DNA from: the human T2T-CHM13v2.0 reference genome, Homo sapiens
NCBI RefSeq assembly: GCF_009914755.1
Contig: NC_060925.1
Direction: 5' to 3' (one strand)
DNA length: 64,000 bases
In this document: positions 19,455 through 36,976 of the stretch, piece after piece
Numbering within the stretch: position 1 is the stretch's first letter
How the letters are laid out: each line of letters starts with the position of its first letter
The notes under the pieces: model-generated
The model's database searches: none
Told to the model about the DNA's origin: nothing
What the model saw: the letters and a program-made list of their open reading frames with translations, nothing else
Position numbers and translations under genes: made by a program

Positions 19455-19752
19455 TTTTTTTTTTTTTTTGAGACAGAGTCTCGCTTTTGTTGCCCAGGCT
19501 GGAGTACAGTGGCACAACCTTGGCTCACTGAAACCTCCACCTCCCGGGTTCAAGCGATTCTCCTGCCTCAGCCTCCCAAGTAGTTGGGACTACAGGCGTG
19601 AGCCACCACACCCAGCTAATTTTTGTATTTTTAGTAGAGACAGGGTTTCACTATATTGGCCAAAGTCGTCTCAAACTCCTGACATCAAGTGATCTGCCCA
19701 TCTCCGCCTCCGAAAGTGCTGGGATTATAGGCGTGAGCCACTGCACCTGGCC
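19455..19752 (-). mobile_element. Alu
   Basis: Full-length antisense Alu. Confidence 0.9.
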
Positions 19753-20844
19753 TGAAAGAAACTTTTAAGCAGAGAAATATTGGAAACACACACAATCCTC
19801 TGAGCTCTGCTTATCCCCTGGAGAGGTGAGTTTAGGGCAGATGTAGTGGGTTTGGGAGCCTCAGAGGGCGAGACCTGTCCTACCCACGCCCAGATATTCA
19901 TAGGGAAGGGAGCAGTCTGTGATGCAGGACCTTCCTGGTTAAGTAAATAGCCTTGTTTTATTTCTTCTTTCTAAGACAATTAGGACATTATGCCAAGTGA
20001 TTGAAATTTATTTGCATAGGAACATTATATTACTTGTGAATACCACTAGGAGAATGAAGGGGCAGTGGGGCTGTTTGGGTTGAGAAACTGAGACTCTTTT
20101 GTGTGATGGAACAAATACACTGTTCTGGAAGAAGAAGGAAACTCAGATCTTTTGCTGGCCCTGATGTTGGGCAGCTGAGTGACCTTGGGCAAGTTACTTC
20201 ATCTCTCCAGGCCCCCATCTCCTTGTTTTTGGAGTGTTGAGGTTACATTATTACATCACTTTGTAGAGCCTTCTCATTTGGGACTTTGTAATCCATGAGG
20301 GAAACTGTCTGCAAGCCCCAAAGCCCTTAATCTTGATTGAAATATGGTCAAAAATAGATCTGGAAGTAATTTTAAAAAGCAATTTAAAATGTTAAATATG
20401 ATGTATTAGACTTACTGAAAAATATGACCAGCAACTTTATGTTCTCAACTTTTTACCAAACTCTTTGAACACTATTTGTTTTTACAAGAGAGAAGTCTTA
20501 TAATAAATGAGCAGAGCATCTGAAGACTAATCACACCTCTAGAATTACCTGGAGATGACAATTGCAATTGTTTTGGTAACAAAGAATCCTCTCTGCTCTT
20601 CTGCCCTAAATGATAACTCCACCTCAGTTCCTCATGGTGTTTAACAAAAGTCCTTACCACTTTCAAAGGCCTCTCTCACCAGCCCTGGCATTTTCTCTGT
20701 CTGAAAAGAAGCCAGCAAATTGTTTTACAAACTCCTGCAATGGTACTTCTTAGAGAAAGCAACATGAAGCAGCCCAGTCTCACTTGGTGAAATTTGCAGC
20801 ATGGAAGATCCTGGCCAGTGGGAGACATGGAACTTGTCACAAGT

Positions 20845-21683
20845 TGGGCAGGAGTTATCAATATCCTGTAGCTGGGTGGGAGTCATTTTATCCTGTAGCT
20901 GGGCAGGATTAATCAATATCCTGTAGCTGGGTGGGATTAATCGATATCCTGTAGCTGGGCGGGATTCATCAATATCCTGTAGCTGGATGGGATTCATCAA
21001 TAACCTATAGCTGAGTGGGATTCATCAATATCCTGTAGCTGGGTGGGATTCATCAATAACCTATAGCTGGGTGGGATTCACCAATATCCTGTAGCTGGGT
21101 GGGATTAATCAATATCCTGTAGCTGGGTGGGATTCATCAATATCCTGTAGCTGGTCGGGATTCATCAATAACCTATAGCTGGCTGGGATTCGTCAATATC
21201 CTATAGCTGGCTGGGATTCATCAATATCCTGTAGCTGGGTGGGATTCATCAATATCCTGTAGCTGGGCGGGATTAATCAATATCCTGTAGCCGGGCGGGA
21301 TTCATCAATATCCTGCAGCTGGGTGGGATTCATCAGTAACGTATAGCTGGGTGGGATTCATCAATATCTTGTAGCTGGGAGGGATTCATCAATAACCTAT
21401 AGCTGAGTAGGATTCATCAATATCCTGTAGCTGGGCGGGATTCATCAATATCCTGTAGCTGGGCGGGATTCATCAATATCCTGTAGCTGGGTGGGATTCA
21501 TCAATATCCTGTAGCTGGGGGGGATTCATCAGTACCCAAAGCTGGGTAGGATTTATCAATATCCTGTAGCTGGCTGGGATTCGTCAATATTTTATAGCTG
21601 GTTGGGATTCATCAATATCCTATACCTGGCTGGGATTCATCAATACCCTGTAGCTAGGGGGATTCATCAATATCCTGTAGCTG
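20845..21683. repeat. 28-bp minisatellite/VNTR, ~30 copies (TAGCTGGGTGGGATTCATCAATATCCTG)
   Basis: Period 28 measured between successive TAGCTG (e.g. 21064, 21092); variant units interspersed. Confidence 0.95.
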
Positions 21684-23291
21684 GCCAGAGGAAAACCTCA
21701 AGGTTTTTGGGTTGGCTGCTTCCAAAATGTAGGCCCTCGAGTAAAGAACCTAATTTTATATGAAAGAGACAACTGCTGCTGACCAGGTGGCTGCTGAATA
21801 GATGTGTCTGATCCATGCAGCTTAGTTGAAAAACAAGTTAAATGAAGTAAAAAAAAATCTCTTTGGGAGAGAGAACAACGTAGGCTGTGTTGGGGTCCTA
21901 AGCGGAATTTCACTCAGCAGGAGCAACTGTTTCATCAGAGAAAGGATTATGGAGCTCTTGAGAGAGGTTTCCAAGAAACAGAAAAATAGTCCCAATTCAA
22001 GTTCGGTAAAGAATGAGGTGTCTGTCTGTTGGCCGCTGAAATACCGAGCCCGAGTGAAGCCGAAAAGTGAGGGAGGAGATGAATGCGCTGTAAGAGGCGG
22101 ATTCATCAGAGGAGAAAATAAAGCAGTGTCATTAACACCAAAGGGCGTAGGGACAGAAGGAACATCACGGTGGGAGGGCAGAGTGGAGATTTGTGGAGGT
22201 GGGAGGGTCCCCAGCTCGCCCTTGTTGGTCAAGTTTAAATGAAGGCAAAGTTCTTTCCATTCAAACTCTTGAGTGTGGATACAATGCCACAGTGAGTAAC
22301 GCCGGGAGTTCTGACTTCTGTTCCGTTTAAGTTCAAAAAGAACCTAAATGACGTTGTTGGGAAACTTAGGAGTCAGGAAACAATGCTTTAAAATGCACGG
22401 ACGTAGAAATAAGGGCCTAGAGTCACCCAGACATCTTTCATTTCTACAGCCCAGAAATCTCTCCTTTCTACAGCCCTATAAATTATTGAGGGAGCCCCTT
22501 CTTGGACAACAAAAACGATGTAATAGGATCCTTTCAAGCTCATAATTACCTCAGACATCCTTCTTTAGTCAGGAGAAGACTTGGGTTTCGGTTCTCCATC
22601 ACAACTCCGTGTTTGAAAACATTCCAGTAATTTGCGAATGCAATAATCCAAGAGATTTTCATGCTGTGCTTCACCACTCATTACATAGAATATTGAGCTC
22701 TTGTGTTGAATATTTTATTTTAAAGGACTGTGCTTTTTTTCGTTTTGCTGTTTCACTTTTTTTTAATTCTGAAAGTAGCACATGCCCATTGCAAAACAAC
22801 CACCCCCCAAGAAAAGCAACGAAGCGCCCAATTTAAAAGGTTATTGTCACCTGTCCCACGCCAATACACTATCAGGGTTCAGTGTGGACCATTCCAGACC
22901 ATTTCTTTGCATATATAGACCCAAAAACATGGAGCTCTTTTTCCCCTAAGCTTTGAGATACAAAGTTAAAACCAACATTTATGCATGCCTTTGTGTTGAG
23001 CCATATTTGATAACTAAGTCCTTGTTTGACCCATGATCTAAACTGGAAAGCTTTCCCTCAGGGAAAACCACCCCACTGAATGCCACATGCGGGAATCAGA
23101 GCTCTGTTTTTACCTCCTTCCAATCCCACAGCTGTTGAAATGATCATACTTGGAATCCTATAATCAGTCATGGAAGGGAACAGAGATGGTGTTGGGCTCA
23201 GGAAACCCCGATACCCTGAAATATGGCACATGGGCATGCGGAATGCTTTGATTTAAAGAAAAAGGGGAAAGCCTCAGAAATAAGCCTCAGA

Positions 23292-23588
<297 letters not shown>

Positions 23589-23653
23589 AGAATTGGTAGG
23601 GTTTGAATAATCATCAGAAAGGGTGCAGAAGCAAGAAAGAGTATAGTGTATAA

Positions 23654-24698
<1,045 letters not shown>

Positions 24699-24738
24699 CA
24701 AGGGTTTGGTTTTGGACATGATAAATTTGAGATGCCTA

Positions 24739-25385
<647 letters not shown>

Positions 25386-25791
25386 TCTAAGTGAAGAAAA
25401 CAAGTGAGTGATTGGTTATACAAGTCTAAGAGCAGAAAGAGGCCAAGGCAGGAGAGAACGGGGTACAGAGAGTGTTTAAATGGAAGTTAGCGAGTCGAGG
25501 GACCCTCTCAGTTTGCCCTGTTCCACCTACAATGGTTAGCAGCAGAGTGGAACCTGAAAATAATGTCTGTTTCCCTTGACCAAAATCCATCTCTTAATAT
25601 CCAAATCCATGTTTCTAAATGTAGCTAAGCCCCAGGCCCACAATGCTACCTCTCAATTTTATTTTTCACTTGTTTGTCTTGCTGAAATGTTTAACTCAAT
25701 GATAATGAAAATTCTATGTTTCAAAATGTGTAGGATACATCTAAAGTCTTGTTTAGCGGAAACTCAACTTGGAATGCTTATATTAGAAAAG

Positions 25792-26458
<667 letters not shown>

Positions 26459-26568
26459 TCAACAACCTAAGCTTTCAGCTTAAGAAATTAGTAAGCAAAC
26501 AGCAAATTAAATCCAAAGAAAGCTGAAGGAGAAAATAATACAGATAAAAGCAGAAATTAATGAAGTAG

Positions 26569-26958
<390 letters not shown>

Positions 26959-27034
26959 TAATGATAAACCCTTGGCAAGACTGATCAAGAAAAAAGAGAG
27001 AAAGCCTGAAGTAAATTTCACTCCTAAGTAATCA

Positions 27035-27895
27035 ATATTAGGAGTTTGCTAGGGCTGCCATAACAAAGTACCCCAGGCTGAGTGGCTTAAACAATGGAAA
27101 TTTATTTCACTTTTTTTCACTTTTTCTTTTCTTTTGGGGTTTCAACATGTGGCCCAGGCTGGTCTCGAACTCCTGAGATCAAGCGATCCGCCCACCTCAG
27201 CCTCCGAAAGTGCTGAGGCATGAGCCATCGCACCCAACCAGAAATTTATTTCTCTTAGTCCTGGAAGCTGGAAGTCTGAGATCAAGATGTGGACAGGTGT
27301 ATTAGCCTGTTCTCACACTATTATCAAGACATACCTGAGACTAAATAATTTATTAAGAAAAGAGGATTAATCAGCTCATGGTTCTGCAGGCTGTACAGGC
27401 TTCTGCTTCTGGGGAGCCCTGGGGAAACGTACAATCATGGCAGAAGGCGAAGGGGAAGCAGGCACAATCTTCACATGGTCATAGCAGGAGCACAAGAGAG
27501 CAAGGGGGAAGTGCTAGACACTTTCAAACAACCAGCTGTCCTGAGAACTCTGTCCAGAGAACAGCAAGGAGGATGTCCGCCCCCATGATCCAGTCACCTC
27601 CCAGCAGGTCCCTCCTCCAACACTGGGAATTACAATTCGACGTGAGATTTGGATGGGGACACATAGCCAAGCTCTATCAGCAGGGTTGGTTTCTCCTGAG
27701 GCCTCTCTCCTTGGCTTGTAGATACCATCTTCTCTGTGTGTCCTCACAGGGTCTTCCCTCTGTGTTTGTCTGTGTCCCAATCTCCCCTTCTTATAAAGGT
27801 ACTTTAATTCCCTCTTTGAAGATCCAAATACAGTCAGGTACTGAAGGTTAGGACTTCTATGTACGAATTTTGTGGGGACACAGCTCGGCCCATCA
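27035..27895 (-). mobile_element. MLT1 LTR interrupted by an Alu fragment (27110-27240) and the MST LTR
   Basis: GCTAGGGCTGCCATAACAAAGTACC...GGCTTAAACAA...GGGGACACAG; TSD-like GAAATTTATTTC around the Alu fragment. Confidence 0.7.
27298..27680 (-). mobile_element. MST-family LTR nested in an MLT1 LTR
   Basis: TGTATTAG...CAAGACATACCTGAGAC...GGGGACACATAGCCAAGCTCTATCA. Confidence 0.75.
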
Positions 27896-28029
27896 TATAA
27901 ACAACCGTGCAGCTCTTATAGACATTTAAAAGGTTAGAAATTTGTGCCAAAATTAAAATTAAGAGGAAGTGGACAATTTCCTTGGAAAACACATATCACC
28001 AATCTATCACAAAAAGAAATATAAAATCT

Positions 28030-28275
28030 GGCTGGGCGCAGTGGCTCATGCCTATAATCCCAGCTCTTTGGGAGGCCAAGACAGGTGGATCACTCGAGGT
28101 CAGGAGTTAGAGACCAGCCTGGCCAACATGGTAGGCTTTGGTAGGGTTTTGGTAGAAACCCCATCTCTACCAAAAAATACTTTTGCTTGAACCCAAGAGG
28201 CAGAGGTTGCAGTGAGCCAAGATTGTGCCACTGGACTCCAGCCTAGGCAACAGAGTGAGGCAAAAAAAAAAAAAA
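28030..28275 (+). mobile_element. Rearranged Alu (internal insertion and deletion)
   Basis: Alu consensus with GGCTTTGGTAGGGTTTTGGTA insert and missing start of right arm. Confidence 0.8.
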
Positions 28276-28333
28276 AGAAGAAAGGAAGGAAGGAAAGAAG
28301 GAAGGAAGGGAGGAAGGAAGGAAGGAAGGAGGG
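28276..28333. repeat. (GAAG)n simple repeat
   Basis: Follows the Alu poly-A. Confidence 0.85.
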
Positions 28334-28656
28334 AAATAAATACAAAATCTGAATAGCCTATAACTGTTAAAGAAATCGAATTCACAATTTTAAATTTTTC
28401 CACAAAGAAAACTCTGGTCCCAGCTGCTTCACTGATGAGTTCTTCTAAACAGTTAACAAAAATATAATGCCAATCTTACCCAAATCCTACCTGGAAAGAG
28501 AAGAAAATCAAGGGAGGGAAGGGGAGGCATTCTGTAATTTGTTTTATGAGACAAGCATGACCTTGAAACCAAAACCCGATAGGGCATTTCTAAAAGGGAA
28601 AATTACAGCCGGCCAGTCTCTGAAAAATGTTAGCAAAGCAAATCATTCAATAATAA

Positions 28657-29369
<713 letters not shown>

Positions 29370-29789
29370 TGATCAATTGTATGGTATTTTTTGCCCTACT
29401 TAAGAAATATTTTCTTACTTCAAGGTTATAAATATATTGTCCTATGTCAACTTCTAGAAATTTTATTGTTTTACTTTTCATGTTTAGATGTGCTATTTTT
29501 CTATAATTTGAGCGAGACCCTGTATCAAAAAAAAAAAAAAAAAACAACGTGTGAAGGACTTGTATCCAGATACACAACACATCAACATATGCTTATAAAT
29601 CAATAAAGAAGACAGACAACTAAATAGAAATATGGGCAAAAGGCATGATCAGGCCCTTTACAGAGGAGATACTGAGACAGTTGATAAACATGAAGAAGTG
29701 CTTAACCTCATTACTCATAGGGAAATGTAAATTATAACTGTCATTAACAACCAGTGTACATCTACCAGATGGCTGAAAGTAAAAGACAA

Positions 29790-30100
29790 GGCCAGGCACG
29801 GTGGCTCATACCTGTCATCCCAGCACTTTGGGAGGCCAAGGCGGCAGGATCACTTGAGGAGTTCACAACCAGCCTGGCCAACATGGCAAAACCCCATCTC
29901 TACTAAAAATACAAAAATTAACCGGGCGTGGTGGCATGCACCTGTAATCCCAGCTACTCGGGAGGCTGAGGCAGGAGAATCGCTTGAACCCAGGAGGCAG
30001 AGCTTGCAGGTTACAGTGAGCTGAGATTGTGCCACTGCATGCCAACGTGGGCAACAAAGCAAAATCTTGTCTCAAAAAAAAAAAAAAGAAAGAAAGAAAG
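29790..30100 (+). mobile_element. Alu
   Basis: Full-length Alu. Confidence 0.9.
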
Positions 30101-30734
30101 TAAAAGACGAACAATATCAAATTGTGTAAGCGAGTAAGCTACACTCACTGCTGAGAGTGTAAATTAGTACAACCCTTTGGGAAACTGACATTACCTGCTA
30201 AAGTTGAACACGTATTTACCCCCAAATGCCACCTCTTGGTATATGCCCAACAGAGATGCCTACATCCATAAACCAAAAATGTGTATAACAATGTCCATAG
30301 CAGCATTATCTATATCAACCCTAAAGAGTGTTAAGCCTCAAGCCCAAGTGTCTGTCAATAGGAGGATGGATAAATATCGGAAGGTATATTCATGTAATGG
30401 AACACACACAGTTATGAAAATGAACTAGAACTACATGCAGCAACACAGAAGCTCTCAAAGTCAAGATGAACAAAAGAAACTAGACACAGGAGAATGCATA
30501 CTTCTGATTCCATTTATATACAGTATTTTTTGTTAAGGCTAAACTAAACCTTACAGTTCAAGGATGGACACTGTAGCTTTCAGGATCGCTGTGTGGATGG
30601 CACAGTTTCCAGTCCACCAGGAAACATGGAGCTTGCATCAGAGTTGTTCAGTTGCACTGAACACACTGCTTAGGTCTGTTGCCTAGATGGCAGGGTGAGA
30701 CTCCATCTCAAAAAAAAAAAAAAAAAAAAAAAAA

Positions 30735-31550
30735 AGACACCAGAGAGCTTGCTTGCTCTCTCTCTCTCTCTCTCTCTCCCCCTCTGTCTCTCTACCATGT
30801 GAGAACACAGCAAGAAGGCAGCCGTCTACAAACTAGGAAGAGAGGCCTCACCAGAACCTGACCATGTTGACATCCTGATCTTGGACTTCCAGACTTCAGA
30901 ACTGTCAGAAAATAAATTCTCTTGTTTAAGCCACCTTGTTTATGGTATTTTGTTTTAGCAGCTGAGCTAATACAGTTGCCAACAAATGCAACTGCAAGTG
31001 CAGGGCAGTTAGCACCCCCAGGGGCAGCTCTCAACCAGAATTTGGTAAATACATGCCCCAGCTCCCCTACCCTCCAGCAGGACAATAATAAGGTGCTATA
31101 GACTTGAATGTTTGTGTCCCCCTAAAATTCATGTGTTGAAACCTAATTCCCAATGTGATGGTATTTGGAGAGGTGAGGTCTTTTGCAAGTGATTAGGTCA
31201 TGAGGGTGGGGCCCTCATTAATGAGATTAGTGCCCTTATCATAGAGACCCCAGAGAATTATCTCATTCCTTCCACCAGGTAAGAGAACACAGTGAGAAGA
31301 TGGCCATCTATGGACCAAGAATTGGGCCCTCACCAAACACTGAAACTGTCATGCTTTGATCTTGGACTTCTCAGCCTCTAGATTGTGAGAAATAGATTCT
31401 GAGCTGGACTGAGCCTCGGTCACTTACATGGAAGACTTGGTCATTCATAAATTTATTAGCTTTTCCCTCTTCCCTGTCTCACTCTCTTTCTGCTTCCTGG
31501 GATCACTTCCCCACTAAACTAACAGCTTTTGGGGGAATCCAAACTAAGAC
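30735..31550 (+). mobile_element. Cluster of MLT1 and MER21-like LTR fragments
   Basis: Two MLT1 segments (...GGACTTCCAGACTTCAGAACTG...AAATAAATT; TGCTATAGACTTGAATGTTTGTGTCCCCC...) interleaved with MER21-like sequence. Confidence 0.6.
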
Positions 31551-32173
31551 ACATGCTGTAGAAAAAAGCCAGAAAGCAATGAACATAAAAGCCAGAATAG
31601 GGATGAGCTCTCGGCAGGGGTTGAGAGGAGAAAGGCTTAGCACTATGGATGGTGTGAAGAGGGCTTCTAGGGATATTCTATTCTATTTTATTCTAGGCCT
31701 GGCTGGTGGTTGCACGTGTGTGATAAATCATTGAGTGTTCGTTTTGTTTTGTGCACTTTTCTGCATCATATTTCATAATATAAAAGTTTAATAATCCATG
31801 ATGTTAAGATCAAAGATTAAAATAATTTGAAATGTTCATGCTTTTATTAGTTGCATAATGAGTAGTTAAGTGTTTAGAAAGTTCTGGTTAGTCGATTCAG
31901 AATTTTAATAAATTGAACAAACAGATAAAACACAAAAGCCACTCGAACTTTAAAGATCCCGGCCACATATTGTCTGGCAGTTGCTTCTTTCCAGACCCAA
32001 GCAGATGTTGGCTGGGACTTCTCTATGGATGTTGGGTGTTGACTGTTCTCACAGGTGAACTGTAAATAGAAGCAGAGCGGGGGCTCTCAGGCATGGGGCA
32101 GCAGGCTGAGCCTCAGAGGGCCTTGGGCTTCTCTAGTGGCTGCCTCTGCCTGGTTCCTGGAGCTGTCCTGATA

Positions 32174-32302
32174 AGGTTGCCAAGTGGAGCAAATCAGAAT
32201 ACAGAATGCCAAATGTTGCCTGGAACATGCTGAGCATAAAAATTACTCTCTGTTTATCTGAAATTCAAATTTAACTGGGTATTTGTATTTTATTTGGCAA
32301 CT
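32174..32302. mobile_element. MER53-like hAT MITE (internally deleted)
   Basis: GGTTGCCA...TGTTTATCTGAAATTCAAATTTAACTGGG...TGGCAAC termini. Confidence 0.6.
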
Positions 32303-32959
32303 GTGTGACCCAATGAGGCTTTACCCAGCCCACGAACAGGGAGGCTGCAGCTGCCTGGGTGCCAACCATGCCTGGATTCTACCACCTTAGTTCTAGAACC
32401 TCGGCGGCCCAACACCCTTTGGCTCCAGCATTGCCCAACGTCTAGACCCTGGGTTCATGCTCTGGCTCAGCTCAGAGGGCAACCATGACCCTGTAGGTTC
32501 TAATTCCCCCTTGCCCCAGTTCTTCCAGAAGACCTAAAGTCCAGGGTTTGCTTCCACAAGTACGTTATGAGAAGGACATACGTTTGGAAATCAGAATTCA
32601 TTTTCCTGCAGAAATGGTTCAATGGAGTTTCACCGGCATGCCCAGGGCAGCCCAGGACAATCTGTTTTATCCCACAGTGTGCCCGTGTGTGCCCGGGTAA
32701 ATCGCGCAACTTCAACCGATCCTACTCCACGTACAGTAAATAAGCATGTGGGTGTCAGTGCTCGGCCTCTGCCAGGTGTTGCAGGAGGTGCCAAAAAAGA
32801 ATTGGATGGCCCTGTCCTCTGGAGTTTGCAATGTGTTGTCGTTACAGGACTGTAATTTTGTGACTTTCTTCATATGGACACAAAATGTCTGGATTCTAAC
32901 TCAGAGTTTCAGGGTGGCTGCTGGGCTCCCATCAGGAAGAGGCGTGGCAATAGGAATAG

Positions 32960-33085
32960 CGTGTGTGTGTGTGTGTGCACATATCTGAGAGTATGAGAGT
33001 GTGTGTGTGTGCACATGTGTGCATGTATGTGCACATATCTGAGAGCATGTGTGCACATATGTGTGCATGCTTGTGTGTGTGTATG
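32960..33085. repeat. Imperfect (TG)n/(CA) microsatellite
   Basis: gtgtgtgt...gcacat runs. Confidence 0.85.
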
Positions 33086-33197
33086 AGTCTAGATCATGTC
33101 AGAGCCACAGAGGCTATCTGAAGAGAGGGAAGCAATATTGACTGCAGGTCGCTAATAATTCATTAACTCCAGATAACATAAGAGAATGCACTTCGTG

Positions 33198-33495
33198 TTT
33201 TTTTGTTTTTTTTTTTCACAAGATCTCTTGCCCAGGCTGGAGTGCAGTGGCACAGTCTCAGCTCACTGCAGCTTCGACTTCCCCGGCTCAGGTGATCTTC
33301 CCACCTCAGCCCCCTAAGTAGCTGGAACTACCTACAGGTGCACGCCACCACGCCTGGCTAATTCTTTGTATTTTTAGCAGAGACAGGCTTTCACTGTGTT
33401 GCCCAGGCTGGTCTTGAACTCCTAGGCTTGAGCCATCTGTCTGACTCAGTCTCCCCAAGTGCTGGGATTCCAGGTGTGAGCCACCATGCCCGGCC
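33198..33495 (-). mobile_element. Alu (J-type)
   Basis: Antisense Alu with TSD-like GAGAATGCAC. Confidence 0.88.
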
Positions 33496-35689
33496 GAGAA
33501 TGCACCTTTCTCTATGTTTGCACAGCACACACTTTGTACACACAGGTACACACGCACACCCATGTCTGTCACTGCTCAGATCTGAATTGGGAGCCACAAG
33601 CTGTCCACGTTGTAAGTCAGGGAATGGGATGGGCAGGGGTGGTAGAGACAATGGGACGGCACAGTCCCTTGAGGAGGCTGAGGACTGAGAACATGACCAA
33701 GGGGATTCGGATGCCATCTCTGAATCCCACCTCCCGCCCGCACCAGAGGACGGTAGATGCTGTATAAATAATCGCTGCACGAATGGAGGAATGACCACAA
33801 GGCCTGGGAGGCTCTCCCGCTCCAACCTTGCCTGTGTCATGACCCCACTCCATCCAAGTCTCAGGCTTCTGGATAGAAAAGAAATGGTGGAGATAATGCC
33901 CATTCCTGAAGCTATGATGACTACATGAGGTTAAAATACGGAAACACCTTAACACAGTGACTAGCACGAGATCTGTTATCACAAATAACGTTATTCATAA
34001 AAATTCACTTGGCTTCATGCTTTGCAGAAAAAGTGTGTTCACAAAGTAGAAAGAAAAATCCAGCCTTAGAACCAAGAATCTTTACAAGGTCAGGAAAAGC
34101 TTCTCCCTTTCCCCACCTCCTGCTCCGAGGTTTTCCTGCTGCCTCCCGGGAAAGGTGGGACTCTTCCACCACCTTGTGGACACCCAGGGATGGCAGGTGA
34201 GCAGGCTTCCACCGCCTCACACCAGCTCTCCTCTGCACTGTTGGAGCCTATTATTCTGGGTCCGACTGGGTCTCTCTAGGCTCACACTGTGCATGTCCTG
34301 TCTCCATCCTCTGTTCCTTTCTGGGCTGGGGCAGTGGATGGGGCTCCTGTGTCCTCCTGGCTGCCTGCCGGTCCCCGTGTACGTGGCAGGGCTGCAGCAG
34401 TCCCCTGTTTTCCTTAGATCCTGGCGTGGAGTTGGTGTGGCTCCTGCTTCCCTGGGGCCCTGGCTGGCCCCGTAGACCCCTCCAGGTCTCTCTGCCAAAG
34501 TCCCCCCACCCAGCCACCTGGCCCAACTGTCCTTCCCACAGTGAGGCTGAGGGTCCCCCCACCCCACGTCATGTCCCAGCCCCACGGGGCCATTGCAGCT
34601 TCAGCTCTGCATCCAGGCACTGAATGGGAGCCACAAGAGCCTCACAGGGCAAATTAGAGCCCCCACTGTTCTGATCCCCCAGCCGGGCTGCGGCCGCTGT
34701 GTTGGTGTACGGGGGCTCTGCCCAGAGCAAACTCTGCCACGACAGGGCTGAGGCGCAGGGAGAAAGGAGCTGGGATGCACCCCAAGCACCTTCCTCCCCC
34801 TCACTCTCCCTCCTCCCTCTGCCATCCTTCCCCCACACCCAGGACCGGAAGGGCGAGCGTCTCTTGTCTTTCCTGCATGTTCTGTCAGCCCCTTCCACTC
34901 TGGCCCCCAGTCTAGACCTATTGTCGAGACAGGAGAAATCTTGTCTGCCCCCAGGGAGAAACACCGCTCTCTGCCCTGAACTTGGAGGGGCTAAAAAGCA
35001 AAAGCTCTAGCCTTAGAAGGTTCTCACTTTGGAAGTTTAAAAAAGGTCAAAGGAATTTTCAAAATCCCTTTCTTTCTCAACAATGCTTAGATTTCAAACC
35101 TCTTCTCTTGTTGCAAAATCCCGTTGTGAACATCAGAACCTCGAGATGATCTTTAAGTTTTCTCAGCATTCCCCATCTTCTCTCCCCTCTGCAAGCAGCT
35201 AAAAGTTACAGAAGCAGTTGAAGCCAGCAACTCCCCACCCCCATCTCCTGCTCTCCTGGGGACAGGGGCCCCATCTCTCAGCCCTGTTGTGGGTTGGGTG
35301 TGGCCGGTGTGGCTGTGTGGCAGGGTCCTAGCCAATGGGATTCGAGTGGAACGTGGGCCTCCTGCACACCTGGCCCCGTGGGCAGGCACCACCTGGGCTC
35401 CTCCCTCAGTGCACCAGGGCAGAGCAAGATGGAGGCAACCGGGATCCCTGAATGGCTTCACAGAGGTCCCCACTCATCAGGCACACTTCTGCCAACCTCA
35501 TGTGGAAGTAAGCTTCTATTGCATTAAGTCCCTGAGGTGCTGAATCTCATCAGTTGATGGCAGGCCACTTGCATGCAAAATAGAAAAGGACATCGGTATT
35601 TTTTTCAAGCTGTTACCCTGTTATAGAGATAAAAGAAGCCAGAACCAGCCCCCTCCAGTGGCTCCTTCTCTTCAGCCTGGGCAGGATCT

Positions 35690-36685
35690 GTTGAAATTCC
35701 CATGGTGTCCTCTGGGGCCCTCTGCCCTGCGCCTCTCCCTGGCAGTGCGAGGTCCACAGTTCACCTGCAATTAGCTCCCATGTGCAGGGGACTCATAAAG
35801 GAGCATCTTTGAGCTCCAGACCCAAGTGTCTGGTGGCCTAGAGGCTGCGAAGGCCCTCAAGCTCAGCATATCCCAAAGCAAACCTATGGCATTCACTCCA
35901 GCACACACCTGCTTTGGCCTCCATGAATCCACTCTCTTCCCTCATCGCTCAAGCTAGAAACTTCTTAGCACCACCCTCGCTGTTCCTGTACCCCCCCCAC
36001 CTTCAGTCAATCATGGAGTCCTAAGTCCCCGGCCAGTCCATCACCTCTCTCCCTCTACCAACACCCCCAACTCTCCCACCTGTGCCACCCGGTACGCCCA
36101 TGTGGTCCCCTGGTTCCCTCCAATCTGTTTTCACTCTGAGCTTTATGATCTTTGCTAACTGTGAATAGGATTCATGCCATCCACTCCCCTACATAAAACC
36201 TTTCTAGGCTTCTCTTTGCTCTTAGAAACTGGCAACTGCCTAAGAGGCCACACCTGGGCCTGTCCCACCTCCCCAGCCCTCACCTCCTTCCCAGGCCTCT
36301 GCATCCCTGTCCCCCTCCACTTCCTTTGCAGTGTGCCTCCAGGCCCTCTCCCCTCCGGAGCTCTGCCAGTGCAGAGCTCTCTGAGCCCTCTGTGTGGGAC
36401 ATGCTGTTCTCTCTACTTGGCCTGGTAGGGCTCCTTGAGGAGCCCTCGACCCTCCCAATGGGGTGGAATCCGCCGCGGTAAACTTCCACAGGGCCCCGTG
36501 CCCCCGCTCTGCAGCGCTTCCCTGGGGTTATTATTCCACTACCGGCTGCATAATTATTTCATCCGTAATTATTGGACTCAGCCCAGCTCACTTCTGCCCC
36601 TGGCCTTTGCACTTGCTCTTCCCAGTGCCTGGCGTGACCTTCCCCACACGTCAGTCTGGCTGGCCCCCCTAGCTCCTCAGGTCCT
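35690..36685 (+). mobile_element. L2 fragment
   Basis: Pyrimidine-rich L2-like sequence incl. GGCCTTTGCACTTGCTCTTCCCAGTGCCTGG. Confidence 0.5.
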
Positions 36686-36976
36686 TCTTTTCTTTTTGAG
36701 ATGGAGTCTCACTCTGTGGCCCAGGCTGGAGTGCAGTGGCACGATCTCAGCTCACTGCAACCCCTGCCTCCCAGGTTCAAGCGATTCTCCTGCCTCAGCT
36801 GAGTAGCTGAGATTACAGGCACCCAGCACCACGTGTGGCTAATTTTTATATTTTTAGTAGAGATGGGGGTTTTGCCATGTTGGCCAGGCTGGTCTCGAAC
36901 TCCAGACCTCAGGTGATCTGCCCCTCTCGGCCTCCCAGAGCGCAGGGATTACAGGTGTGAGCCACCGTGCCCGGCC
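36686..36976 (-). mobile_element. Alu
   Basis: Full-length antisense Alu. Confidence 0.9.

Noticed and set aside
20845-21683. CRISPR-like appearance of the regular 28-bp repeats
   Set aside because: Head-to-tail units with no unique spacers, no cas genes, eukaryotic context
21822-22242. Overlapping 136/138-aa ORFs on both strands
   Set aside because: No recognisable domain, non-ATG starts, no splice or promoter context
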